DNA from: a virus
DNA: 64,000 nt
Virus record (IMG/VR): IMGVR_UViG_3300030099_006646
Coordinates: 32,001 to 96,000 of that record
Direction: 5' to 3' (one strand)
The position numbers and the translations under genes are program-made. Positions 1 through 10,018 of the stretch are shown here, in pieces (the first letter of the stretch is position 1; each line of letters begins with the position of its first letter). The notes beneath the pieces are model-generated. The model searched no databases, was not told where the DNA came from, and saw only the letters and a list, made by a program, of their open reading frames with translations.

Positions 1-1
1 A

Positions 2-3000
2 GTTGTATTAGTCAAGGTTGTTGATAACGATCCTGTATTTTCTAAAAAAGATATCTCTGATAATCCTAAACCAGCAGACTTACCTGTACTTGATGCCTCA
101 TACTATATTGAAAAAAGATTCTTACATCCGGTAGACCCTGAAAGAACAGACCCTCCGCAAGCCAAAGTTGTTATTGAGGCTTCCACTGGCAAGAAGAAAA
201 AAGTAGAAGATTGGTATAAACAACCAACAGACACTATTCTAGAAACTGATGATACATTTTATGTAATCAAAGAAACTGTTAAGCAATCTTGGAAAGATGA
301 TGTAGAACAAAGAGCAGTTTACCTTGGAACTAAAGAAGCTGCATTAGAGTTCTTTATAAAGCACTATGAGATTGAAGCCTCAAAAGAGCGCGTAGCAGAA
401 ATGCTATATAAATCTGAAGACGCTGGAATATATGTACCTCAAAGACCAAAAGCAAAATGCAAGATGCTTGTGGGAATACCTAAGCAATTATTAACTGCTG
501 ACGATATAATAAAAGATTTATCTAATGTAGATGTTACACATACCTTAGAAAGCCCATCACTTGGTGATTTAAGAAAAAATGTGAAAAAAATTGCGAAGTA
601 TATGAGAGGAATTTCTAGAGAAATAAGGAAGCAAAATATAGATTTAAATGCACTTAAAGAGTCAAATAACTTTATGGCACTGTCCTTGTTTGTTATTCAA
701 ATGTTTGAAACAAACAAAACATACCCAACGAGAGAAGATGAGCAAATAAAGATTTTCTTTGGAGGAGAAGGTCCTAGTGTTGTCGGCTTGCAAGCGTATC
801 CAAAAGACGTCGAGGATCATCTTTTTCCATCGGACGGCGAACTTACTCCTGAAGAAAAAGCTGAGTTATCTAAGCCAGTTGATATTAAGCTTGTAAAAAG
901 CTTTACAACTAATGTGGTTTTTGAGTGGAAAAGGTCGATGTTTTATCTCATTAATTCTGACTTAATGGCTAAAGAAATAGAAAAAACAGACCCCAAAAGT
1001 AGCAAGTGGTATGAGATCATATCAAAATATACATTCGATATGCCAGAATACAAACCATCTTCAAAAAAAACGAAAGATGAAGCTAGTGAACCTAAGAAAG
1101 TAAAAGAAGAACTAGAGACTGCCGAGGAAGAATTTTCTCACGGAATGACCCATTCAGAAAAGGAGGCGGCTCTGTCGGTAATTGGACCTGCTCTAAAGCA
1201 ATCTGTTGGAAACATACAAAGAACAATGTTTGAAAAAATAGAAGACCCTACAATAAAAAGGATTCTCAACAACATTGAGCAAATAAACTCTATTGAGTCT
1301 TTATATGGAGCCGTCCTAGATAAAATACCTACAGAAAAACTTTTACGAATGGCATCAAACGCTGTAACCTCTAAGATTCCAAAAGATGTTTTTTTAAATG
1401 GACCTATTGAAACCGTAAATAATATTGAATCAATGAACTTCTCAGCAAATAGTGCAAAAGACGCTTTACTGGGAACCGGTCTTGTAGATCAAGGTTTTCT
1501 TGGCAAAGCTTTTGATTTTTCTGATAAGATCAACGAAGGTATGTCTTTTGATTTTTCCAGCGGTGGAGACGAAATATTTGATGTCACAGAAGGAAAGGAC
1601 GAGGAAATATTTGCTTTAGTGAAGGACGTGGTTACTTCTACCGTTGTTGAGCATGTTAAAACAATACTTAGAACAATAAAGAACAATTTTTTTAATGAAT
1701 CAGAGATGGAAAAAATAAAGAAGATTGGCTCTTTTAATCTAAAAGAAAACCTAAAAAGTAACTCCTTAGCTTCTGTTAAAAATAATATAAATTCTTTATC
1801 TGGAGCTTTACTAGAGAACAAAGATGTCTCTAATATTTTGGATATTATTTCCAGTTTAGCTACTCCTCTTGAGATACTGGCTATCTTTGAAGGAAGAGGT
1901 GATCTAGATGTCATTGACATCATATGTACAGAAATATCAGAGCAATATCCATTGTTAGCAGCCAGACTTATCTCGATATACCAAAAAGAGGATTTCTTGA
2001 TGATCATGGGAAAAGATATTCTTGAAGAGGTTACTACGCTTATTGGCGAAGAAAGCATTAGACAAAAGAGGGAGGATCCTCCAAGTTTAGATTTTTGTGG
2101 AGATGATGATGCAGAAGATTTTATAGATCATTTAACAGGAAGATTTCCAGAAGAATTTTTGAAAGAACAGGAGGAAGTTAGAAAACAAAGCGCCCAGGAG
2201 CTTAAAAACTTAATAGATGATATTAGTACTGCATTAGAAAACGGCGATATAGAAGATTTTCTATTCGGAGGAAAGATAAAAGAGCTGCTAAATTCTATAG
2301 TTGAAGACAATAGAAGCTCTGACGTAATGTTAGACATGGTTGTAAGGGCATATTTTGGACCAATTCAAGCAATATACGCTTTGGAAGCCTTAACTCCTGG
2401 AGATATTTTTATGAGAGAGAGTATCGTCGAGGATACTGATAAAAAGGCGCAGTTACCAATGGAGATTCAGGTACAAATAAACAGGTTACTAGCAGTTGGT
2501 CAAGAAGATACAGCAAAAAAAATAAAGAAAAAAGCCGCCGATGGCAAAAAGAAGATCGCTATTAGCTTAAAAAATAACGTAAAAGAGCTTTATGAAAACT
2601 TTTTTAATGGACCTGCTGGAATTGAAAAAGAAGACTCTTATAGGATAGGACTTGGCAATAAAAATATGACTATATCTTTTTCGAATATGAAGTCATATGA
2701 TTCAAAATCCGATCCCTTAACAGGGTCGTTAGAAGAGCCAATATATAAATGGGACACAGATCCGCCGACCCCAGACTTTGCAACTTTTTCTGTAAAAGCG
2801 ATGTTAAACAATAAAATGGCTATCAATTCTGCAAAAGAAATAAAACTAAAAGAAACCATAATGCACAAAAAAGGATATTTGAATGTAGAAAACATAGACA
2901 TGTCTCCTCGCAAAGCAGGGTTTTTATCTTTCGTGAAAGAAATAATAGAAGAATCGATGCCTTCAAACCTGTACACGCCCACCACACTTCAAAAAGCTTT

Positions 3001-6000
3001 AGATGATTTAAAGCACCCTCTGTTTGACTATTCAACGAAACAATATATTAATTTTCTAGCCAGAGAAGCATCTAAGTCTCCATTTTTCAAAATACCAGTT
3101 TTAAAAAAGCTAAAGTTTACTCCAACCGATGGAGATACTAGAGTACCTCCTCTTGCTTGCGACCAGCTTGAAACAGAAGAAGCTGCGAAGGTACAAACAA
3201 ATCAAGACGATCTTATAGAGGAAATAATATTACTAGAAGATATAGAATACAGATTTAGCGAAAGAAGGAAATATTTTTCTTCTCTACAAAGAGAGCGAGG
3301 TCAAAAAATATACAACAGAACAGATATTGAAAATGCAATGTTAATGGAAATTACTGAAAGCTTTTTTAAGGTTCTTGCTTTAGAGTTTTTAATATCGGGA
3401 GTGTTTATTTTTTCAGAAATAAAGATCGAGTCCTTGATAGAAGATAAAAATAACTTTAAGATTATGCAAGATATTATGTTCTTTACTATGCAAAGATTAG
3501 GAGATGAGTTCAGAAATAAATTTTCAGAATATCTCGAACAATATATAGAGTTAAAAAAGGACATGTTAGATGAAGACTCTCTAGTTGGAGAGGAAAACTC
3601 TGAACAGAATTTAGATGATCTTTACAATATAAATAAATCAGATAAGAGCGCTATTATAAACTACATATTCAAAGAACAACTTTCTAACGTATTTGGACCT
3701 TTCCAAAAGTCGGTACAACTTTTATCAGACAAACAAAATCTTGAGATAAATGAGTTTTTAGATATTATCCCTAACCTTGATATTGCCGAAAGCTCAATAA
3801 CCCCTCCAGGCAAGGGCAGATTTACTGCACAGTTGCTGTCGAGCGACCCGTTATCGCTAGTAAGAAAAGTAGGCGGCTTTATTTTAGAAAAATACATTAG
3901 AGTAGATTACCAGCCTACTAAACAAAATCCAAAACTAACAGATTTTCTTTTTGGAAGAAGTAATGTTTTAAAAATACCATCTCAAGATTTAGATGGTAAC
4001 TTTATGTGGCTAATAGGCGGAACTGAACAGCAAGTAGAAACCGATTTAACTAATAAATATTTTAATAGATCGGCAGATAAAATCTGGGCAGAAGCAAACA
4101 AAAATCTTTATAATAACAAGTATAATTTGTATAAGAAAAGAGTTGGAGGCATGTGGAAAGTTCTTTCAAAAAGCGAAATATTCAATATTATAAAAACACA
4201 GTATAGCGCTAAGGGCACAGAATTTGGAGCGACACTTCCTGATTATGAAGAGTTTCTAGGCGAACTGCAAGAAATTAACTACACCCCAGAAGCTGAAAAC
4301 GTTGCTTATGAATATCCAAACTATCTTGGAGCTGTCAAGCTGTCTGCATTTGAAGAAATGCAAGACTTTGTAAGAAAAGATATAAATGCAGAACTTACAA
4401 AAAAACTAGAATCAAGTATTGAAAAATACGAAACCTTAGCAAATTCTACTTATATATTCAACACTCTTAACGAAGAAGTGTTAGATTTAAAAACAGTGTG
4501 GAACGCAGAATATAATATTTTAACAAACAAACTTGACGTATATATTGAGAAAAATATTGCTCCGTATTCTACCACAATGCTATTCCCACAAATTCCTGGG
4601 ATATCGCCTTTACCTCCAATTACAGATGAACCTTTCTTCAAATGGAAGGAATCTGAAACTAAACTAAAGGAAATGTTCTCACCCAGCCCGGATAAGCTTT
4701 ACGGAGTTCTTAGCGGAGCACTACAACTAGCTAAAAAAGATATTATTGATGATCTTTATCCAAAGATGATTGAACGACGTGATAATCTGGATAAACTATT
4801 AAACGATTATAAAAAAGGGAAAATAAAGGTACAGATTGACGATGAAGATATATCTACTATTTACGAACATTTTTCAGAACTCGACAAAAGAATAAAGACT
4901 TTAAAAGAATTAGATATTGTTAAAAATTTCGATGAACTAGACACTATAACTGATAAACTTGAGGAAAAAATCAACGAACTGGAAGACTTTTTAGATGAAT
5001 ATGCATATGACACCGATCCAAAAGAATTTTTCCTCTCCCAACTCGCCGCCGCTGAAGAAGCTCAACAAAAAGCTTTTGGCGATTACAATACATTCGGAGT
5101 AGCTGGCTCACATACAGAAATGTTCAAGCCTTTAAAATATGGAATTAGATTGAGCTATGTATATCCAGGAACTGTCGGCGCACCACCTCCGAGCATAGAA
5201 AATATTAGAAAAAATATTAGGAAAGTGGTAGGAGATCCAAGAAATTGGTACAATCGCGATGAAAAGTATCTAAACACACAAGAGATTTACTGGAAAGATA
5301 AAGAAAAACAATCTGTTGATAATGTTGAAATTTACTCATTACCTTTGCTAGAGATTGAAGACAAGGTAGAAAATTATTTTGAGACACTCCCTCCAAAGCC
5401 ATCTGAGGGCAGATTCGATAAAGAACCTGAAAAGAATAGCTCAATTCCATTAATACAAGAAGAAATCGTACAAAGATTTCCATTAGATTCTTTAAAGAAG
5501 AAGATGATTAATAGCGAAACGTACAATATGATAATGTCAGAGATGTACAGCTACGGAGATTTCGTTACAGCTCTTGGTGCATACTCTTCACTACATTCTC
5601 TTGGAGATATTTTTCAAAATCTTAACCTTGGTATATTTTCTGGAACAAAAATTAACCTTAAAAATGCATTTGAATCTGTTTATGAGAGTAAAGACTTTTC
5701 CTATATTAACGATGAAAGCCTCACGGCAGATATTATGAAAAATAATATCGTTAAGATGACAAACACAGCGGAAGAACCCTCAAAAGAAGAAGGTTTCCCC
5801 AAGACTGATTTTGGATACGCAGCCGCTTTTGCAGCAAAAACAGGCATGGTTATATTAAAACATTTCGTTGAAAAAACTGACCCTGCTATCATTAGAGCAA
5901 AACAAATACAAGAAATGGTTGTTAAAGCAGCGGAAATAGGAGAGGAGATAAGTGAAGACATAGATGAGTTAGCAAATATTTCACCTACAGGAGTAGACTC

Positions 6001-6238
6001 TGCCGCCGCTCTTGCAGCTAAAGAAGGAATGTTGCTTCCCATTGTAATGTTCGGAGTTAGACCCATGCCTCCAATCCCATTCCCAATAGGAGACCCTACT
6101 GCTCCATTAACAGGACCCGGAGCAGCCTATCTAGCTCTTGCTGCCGCTGGTGCAGGATCTAGCGTCATGTCTTCAGGAGATACACCACAAGACGTTATAG
6201 AAAAGGAAAACCCAGATAAAAAATGTGACGATAAATAA
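2..6238 (+). CDS. Very large (>2000 aa) putative virion/baseplate-associated protein, 5'-truncated
   Basis: The frame of ORF 401..6238 is open from base 2, so the true start is probably upstream of the window. Acidic, helical composition, hydrophobic Pro/Ala/Gly-rich C-terminus, directly upstream of the gp25-like gene. Confidence 0.6.
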   Translation, partial: VVLVKVVDNDPVFSKKDISDNPKPADLPVLDASYYIEKRFLHPVDPERTDPPQAKVVIEASTGKKKKVEDWYKQPTDTILETDDTFYVIKETVKQSWKDDVEQRAVYLGTKEAALEFFIKHYEIEASKERVAEMLYKSEDAGIYVPQRPKAKCKMLVGIPKQLLTADDIIKDLSNVDVTHTLESPSLGDLRKNVKKIAKYMRGISREIRKQNIDLNALKESNNFMALSLFVIQMFETNKTYPTREDEQIKIFFGGEGPSVVGLQAYPKDVEDHLFPSDGELTPEEKAELSKPVDIKLVKSFTTNVVFEWKRSMFYLINSDLMAKEIEKTDPKSSKWYEIISKYTFDMPEYKPSSKKTKDEASEPKKVKEELETAEEEFSHGMTHSEKEAALSVIGPALKQSVGNIQRTMFEKIEDPTIKRILNNIEQINSIESLYGAVLDKIPTEKLLRMASNAVTSKIPKDVFLNGPIETVNNIESMNFSANSAKDALLGTGLVDQGFLGKAFDFSDKINEGMSFDFSSGGDEIFDVTEGKDEEIFALVKDVVTSTVVEHVKTILRTIKNNFFNESEMEKIKKIGSFNLKENLKSNSLASVKNNINSLSGALLENKDVSNILDIISSLATPLEILAIFEGRGDLDVIDIICTEISEQYPLLAARLISIYQKEDFLMIMGKDILEEVTTLIGEESIRQKREDPPSLDFCGDDDAEDFIDHLTGRFPEEFLKEQEEVRKQSAQELKNLIDDISTALENGDIEDFLFGGKIKELLNSIVEDNRSSDVMLDMVVRAYFGPIQAIYALEALTPGDIFMRESIVEDTDKKAQLPMEIQVQINRLLAVGQEDTAKKIKKKAADGKKKIAISLKNNVKELYENFFNGPAGIEKEDSYRIGLGNKNMTISFSNMKSYDSKSDPLTGSLEEPIYKWDTDPPTPDFATFSVKAMLNNKMAINSAKEIKLKETIMHKKGYLNVENIDMSPRKAGFLSFVKEIIEESMPSNLYTPTTLQKALDDLKHPLFDYSTKQYINFLAREASKSPFFKIPVLKKLKFTPTDGDTRVPPLACDQLETEEAAKVQTNQDDLIEEIILLEDIEYRFSERRKYFSSLQRERGQKIYNRTDIENAMLMEITESFFKVLALEFLISGVFIFSEIKIESLIEDKNNFKIMQDIMFFTMQRLGDEFRNKFSEYLEQYIELKKDMLDEDSLVGEENSEQNLDDLYNINKSDKSAIINYIFKEQLSNVFGPFQKSVQLLSDKQNLEINEFLDIIPNLDIAESSITPPGKGRFTAQLLSSDPLSLVRKVGGFILEKYIRVDYQPTKQNPKLTDFLFGRSNVLKIPSQDLDGNFMWLIGGTEQQVETDLTNKYFNRSADKIWAEANKNLYNNKYNLYKKRVGGMWKVLSKSEIFNIIKTQYSAKGTEFGATLPDYEEFLGELQEINYTPEAENVAYEYPNYLGAVKLSAFEEMQDFVRKDINAELTKKLESSIEKYETLANSTYIFNTLNEEVLDLKTVWNAEYNILTNKLDVYIEKNIAPYSTTMLFPQIPGISPLPPITDEPFFKWKESETKLKEMFSPSPDKLYGVLSGALQLAKKDIIDDLYPKMIERRDNLDKLLNDYKKGKIKVQIDDEDISTIYEHFSELDKRIKTLKELDIVKNFDELDTITDKLEEKINELEDFLDEYAYDTDPKEFFLSQLAAAEEAQQKAFGDYNTFGVAGSHTEMFKPLKYGIRLSYVYPGTVGAPPPSIENIRKNIRKVVGDPRNWYNRDEKYLNTQEIYWKDKEKQSVDNVEIYSLPLLEIEDKVENYFETLPPKPSEGRFDKEPEKNSSIPLIQEEIVQRFPLDSLKKKMINSETYNMIMSEMYSYGDFVTALGAYSSLHSLGDIFQNLNLGIFSGTKINLKNAFESVYESKDFSYINDESLTADIMKNNIVKMTNTAEEPSKEEGFPKTDFGYAAAFAAKTGMVILKHFVEKTDPAIIRAKQIQEMVVKAAEIGEEISEDIDELANISPTGVDSAAALAAKEGMLLPIVMFGVRPMPPIPFPIGDPTAPLTGPGAAYLALAAAGAGSSVMSSGDTPQDVIEKENPDKKCDDK

Positions 6239-6277
6239 TAAAAATATAAGCTATTTAGATTATATGAGGTTCATTGT

Positions 6278-6658
6278 ATGGCTTTAGGATATTCTGTAAA
6301 ATTACCACTTACAACAACAGTTGCTCATTATGACATGATCAACAATATATATAAAAATGTAAAACAAAATTTTAGAAACCTATTACTAACTTCGCCGGGA
6401 GAAAGGGTAATGATTCCTAATTTTGGCGTCGGCATAAGAAGATACTTGTTTGAAAATGATCCATCTTTTATAGCTGACGAATTAAACTCCGTCATACGAG
6501 AACAGGTTAACTCTTTTATGAGTTTTTTAGTAATAGAAGATATTAGCTTCGCAACAAAAGCAGACAACGATCAATTAAAAGACAATGAACTAGCTGTAAG
6601 AATAATTTACTCTGTTCCAGGTATCTCTCTGAGAGACAGCATTATAGTTGCTCCTTAA
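6278..6658 (+). CDS. Baseplate wedge protein, T4 gp25/GpW-like
   Basis: VKQNFRNLLLTSPGERVMIPNFGVGIRRYLFE matches the gp25 signature (LLxTxxGERxxxPxFG). Confidence 0.9.
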   Translation: MALGYSVKLPLTTTVAHYDMINNIYKNVKQNFRNLLLTSPGERVMIPNFGVGIRRYLFENDPSFIADELNSVIREQVNSFMSFLVIEDISFATKADNDQLKDNELAVRIIYSVPGISLRDSIIVAP

Positions 6659-6678
6659 AATAATATGGATTAAAACAA

Positions 6679-8484
6679 ATGGCAAAAAAATTTAAACCTC
6701 CAATAGACTATACATCGAGAGATTTTGATTCAATCAAGAGATCTTTAATAAACTACGCAAAAAAATATTACCCTAATACTTCTAATGATTTTAATGAAGC
6801 CTCTTTTGGCGCATTAATGGTGGATATGGTATCTTATATTGGAGATATAATGTCTTTTTACTTAGATTATCAAGCAAACGAGTCTTTTGTAGAATCAGCT
6901 ATTGAGTTTAAAAATGTTATAAGACTAGCAGAGCAGATGGGGTATAAATATGAACCAGAGGTCACAGCATACGGAACAGTCGCTATTTTTGTTAAAGTCC
7001 CAGCCAACACATCAGGATTAGGACCAGACACTGATTATATCCCTATTCTAAAAAGAAATTCAAAACTTACATCTACACAAAACACTAGTTTTATTTTAAC
7101 CTCAGATGTTGATTTTAAAAACGCCAACAACCAAGTGCTTGTTTCTGACGTGGACGCCGCAACCGGAACTCCAACTCATTATGCTATTAAAGCGTATGGC
7201 GAAGTTATTTCTGGCGACGTCGGTGTTGAAAGATTTGTTGTAGGTGATTATACGCCTTTTTTAAAACTTACAATGGAAACGAATAGTGTGGCAGAAATAC
7301 TTTCAGTTGTAGATTCAGATGGAAATGATTATTATCAAGTAGACTATCTTTCGCAAGACATAGTTTATCTTGATTCCTTGAACACAAACACAGAGGACAG
7401 AGATTATGTCTCGAATATTTTAAAGCCTGCTTCTGTTCCTAGAAGATTTGTATTGAAGCAAGACCCAACCAGTGTATCGTTACAGTTTGGACAAGGTTCT
7501 TCAACAGACGCCATAACTGAAAATGATGATAAATTAGATCCAAATAAAGTAGCTTTAAAGATGCACGGGAAAAAATATATTTCTGAGTCTTCTTTTGACC
7601 CTACCGTGCTGGTGAAAAACAATAACTTGGGAGTTGCTCCTGAAAATACTACTGTAAGTGTTTTTTATAGAACTAATTTGACCAACAATGTAAACGCAGG
7701 GGTTGATTCTGTCAATAGATTTGTTTCTGCTGATTTCGAATTTGAAAATCCTGAGCTTTTAACAGACTCGATAGTACAAGGCATTGTTACAACTGCCGAA
7801 GTTTCTAATGAGGAGCCTATTGTTGGGACAATATCAGACCCAGGCTTACGAGAAATTAAGATTAGAGCAAAAAATAGCTTTGCTACGCAAAACAGAGCAG
7901 TTACTAAAAAAGATTATCTATCTTTAGTATATTCTATGCCAAGTCGTTTTGGTTCTGTTGCCAGGGCGATGATAAAGCAAGATAAAGATTCTTTCAAAAG
8001 AAATCTTAATCTTTATGTTGTATCTCTCGGTCTTGACGCAACTCTCTTTACTACAAAAAGAAAAATAAAAGCAAATTTAAAAAATTGGCTTGCTCAATAT
8101 AAGATGTTAAACGATACAATAGATATTATTGACGCTAAGATTTTAAATCTTGGAATAGAATATAAAGCGATAGGACAGAGAAACGTCAACAAGCTTGATT
8201 TAATACAAGATATAAATGATGCTTTACGTCAGGCATTTATTGAACATCCACAAATTGGCGAATCTTTTTTTATAACAGATGTTTATAATGTGATAAACTC
8301 TGTACCAGGAGTTGTAGATGCCGACGACGTAGAAATATTCATACCCAGAGGAGAACTTTATTCCGACTTCACCATCGATTTGGATAATTATATCTCTCCC
8401 GATGGCAGATCTATAAAAGTGCCAGATGATGTTATTTGGGAGATAAAATTTATAGGTACAGACATTAAAGGAACAATTTTGTAA
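6679..8484 (+). CDS. Baseplate wedge protein, T4 gp6/baseplate J-like
   Basis: N-terminal DYTSRDFDSIK...FYLDYQANESF; QNRAVTKKDY motif; follows gp25. Confidence 0.9.
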   Translation: MAKKFKPPIDYTSRDFDSIKRSLINYAKKYYPNTSNDFNEASFGALMVDMVSYIGDIMSFYLDYQANESFVESAIEFKNVIRLAEQMGYKYEPEVTAYGTVAIFVKVPANTSGLGPDTDYIPILKRNSKLTSTQNTSFILTSDVDFKNANNQVLVSDVDAATGTPTHYAIKAYGEVISGDVGVERFVVGDYTPFLKLTMETNSVAEILSVVDSDGNDYYQVDYLSQDIVYLDSLNTNTEDRDYVSNILKPASVPRRFVLKQDPTSVSLQFGQGSSTDAITENDDKLDPNKVALKMHGKKYISESSFDPTVLVKNNNLGVAPENTTVSVFYRTNLTNNVNAGVDSVNRFVSADFEFENPELLTDSIVQGIVTTAEVSNEEPIVGTISDPGLREIKIRAKNSFATQNRAVTKKDYLSLVYSMPSRFGSVARAMIKQDKDSFKRNLNLYVVSLGLDATLFTTKRKIKANLKNWLAQYKMLNDTIDIIDAKILNLGIEYKAIGQRNVNKLDLIQDINDALRQAFIEHPQIGESFFITDVYNVINSVPGVVDADDVEIFIPRGELYSDFTIDLDNYISPDGRSIKVPDDVIWEIKFIGTDIKGTIL

Positions 8485-10016
8485 TGGCTATTAGAAGATA
8501 CACAGCAACTAAAGATAATACTATATCTGATGCTTTTAAGTCTAACTTAAGCGGAACAGCTACTGGCTCAAACATGGGCTTCGCGGATACATTAGAAGTA
8601 TTCTCCATTTATGGACAAGTTTCAAGTTCTTCGGGCTTTACGAAGGAACGTTCAAGGATTTTGATTAAATTCCCAGTCACAGGAACTTCTGGCATTGAAG
8701 CAGATAGAGATTCAGGGTTAATACCAGCATCTGGTAATGTAAATTTTTACTTGAACATGTATAATGCTATAACTCCCAACACGTTGCCAAAAGATTTTAC
8801 TTTAAACATCTATGCATTAGATGCTGCTTGGAATGAGGGCAGTGGACTAGACATGGAAGAATATAAAGATGAGGGAACATCCAACTGGACCAATAGAGTA
8901 GATAACGTAGCTTGGTCAAATACAGGTGGTTCTTTTCAAAACACAGCTTCCACCGCACCTTGGAATGCAAACGCTACATTCCAAAACGGAGACGAAGATA
9001 TGTCTATCGATGTTACTCCTTATGTAGAGTCCTGGATCAAAGGAACTGGCGGCGGCGGTTTTGAAAACTACGGATTTCTCGTCGCCCTAACTCCAATTGA
9101 GGAAAGCGCTTCGTTGTCTTACTATGATAAGAAGTTCTTTGCACGCAGTAGCGAATATTTCTTCAAACGCCCTGTCATCGAAGCACGCTGGAACAGTTGC
9201 GAAGGTGATGATAGAGGAAACTTCTTTTTTTCAAGCTCTCTTGCCACTGCGGCAAATAATATAAATACTCTTTATCTATACAACTACGTCAGAGGACAAC
9301 TTCAAGATATCCCTGGGCTGGGCAGTGATAAGTACGTCTATGTAAGTCTTTTTTCTGGCTCATTAAATAATGATGCCCCTTCTGGAGATGCTTTGATTTT
9401 GTCTGCCGACAACGATGGCAGAGTAAGAGCAGCAGCACCCACAGTCGTGACAGGTGGAATTGTCTCTACAGGTATCTATACCGCTTCTTTTGCCTTTACA
9501 GGCTCAACAACTTTGACTGATGTATTTGATGTTTGGTTTACTGGAAGCCATTCCACAGCAGATGCGACTAAAGCAACTATCCAGTTCCATACAGGAAATA
9601 TTATTCCTAATACGCTTGATTCTTCAAATATAAACCCCACGCCAACTTATGTTACAAAAGTTACAAATTTAAAACCATCCTATACGACAAGTGAAGAACC
9701 AAAGCTCAGAGTGTATACTAGAGAGAAGAATTGGTCACCAACAATATATACAGTAGCTAATTCTGAAATCCAAACTGACATTGTAAATCAAGCCTATTAC
9801 AGAGTGACGCGAGTTGTTGATGATTTAGAAGTTATCTCTTATGGTACAGGAAGCGATCAACAGACTAAGCTCTCATATGACGTTAGTGGAAATTACTTTG
9901 ATCTTGATATGTCTCTTTTGGAATCGGGTTATATGTATAACTTAAAGTTCGCTTATTACTTAAACGGCGTTTACAAGGAACAGCCAGAGACCTTCAAGTT
10001 TAGAGTGGAGGATTAA
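8484..10016 (+). CDS. Virion protein with N-terminal DNRLRE/CBM96-like beta-sandwich
   Basis: RSRILIKF...WNEG...DVTPYVESW...NYGFLV...RPVIEARW pattern; position in the baseplate module. Confidence 0.55.
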   Translation: MAIRRYTATKDNTISDAFKSNLSGTATGSNMGFADTLEVFSIYGQVSSSSGFTKERSRILIKFPVTGTSGIEADRDSGLIPASGNVNFYLNMYNAITPNTLPKDFTLNIYALDAAWNEGSGLDMEEYKDEGTSNWTNRVDNVAWSNTGGSFQNTASTAPWNANATFQNGDEDMSIDVTPYVESWIKGTGGGGFENYGFLVALTPIEESASLSYYDKKFFARSSEYFFKRPVIEARWNSCEGDDRGNFFFSSSLATAANNINTLYLYNYVRGQLQDIPGLGSDKYVYVSLFSGSLNNDAPSGDALILSADNDGRVRAAAPTVVTGGIVSTGIYTASFAFTGSTTLTDVFDVWFTGSHSTADATKATIQFHTGNIIPNTLDSSNINPTPTYVTKVTNLKPSYTTSEEPKLRVYTREKNWSPTIYTVANSEIQTDIVNQAYYRVTRVVDDLEVISYGTGSDQQTKLSYDVSGNYFDLDMSLLESGYMYNLKFAYYLNGVYKEQPETFKFRVED

Positions 10017-10018
10017 AA

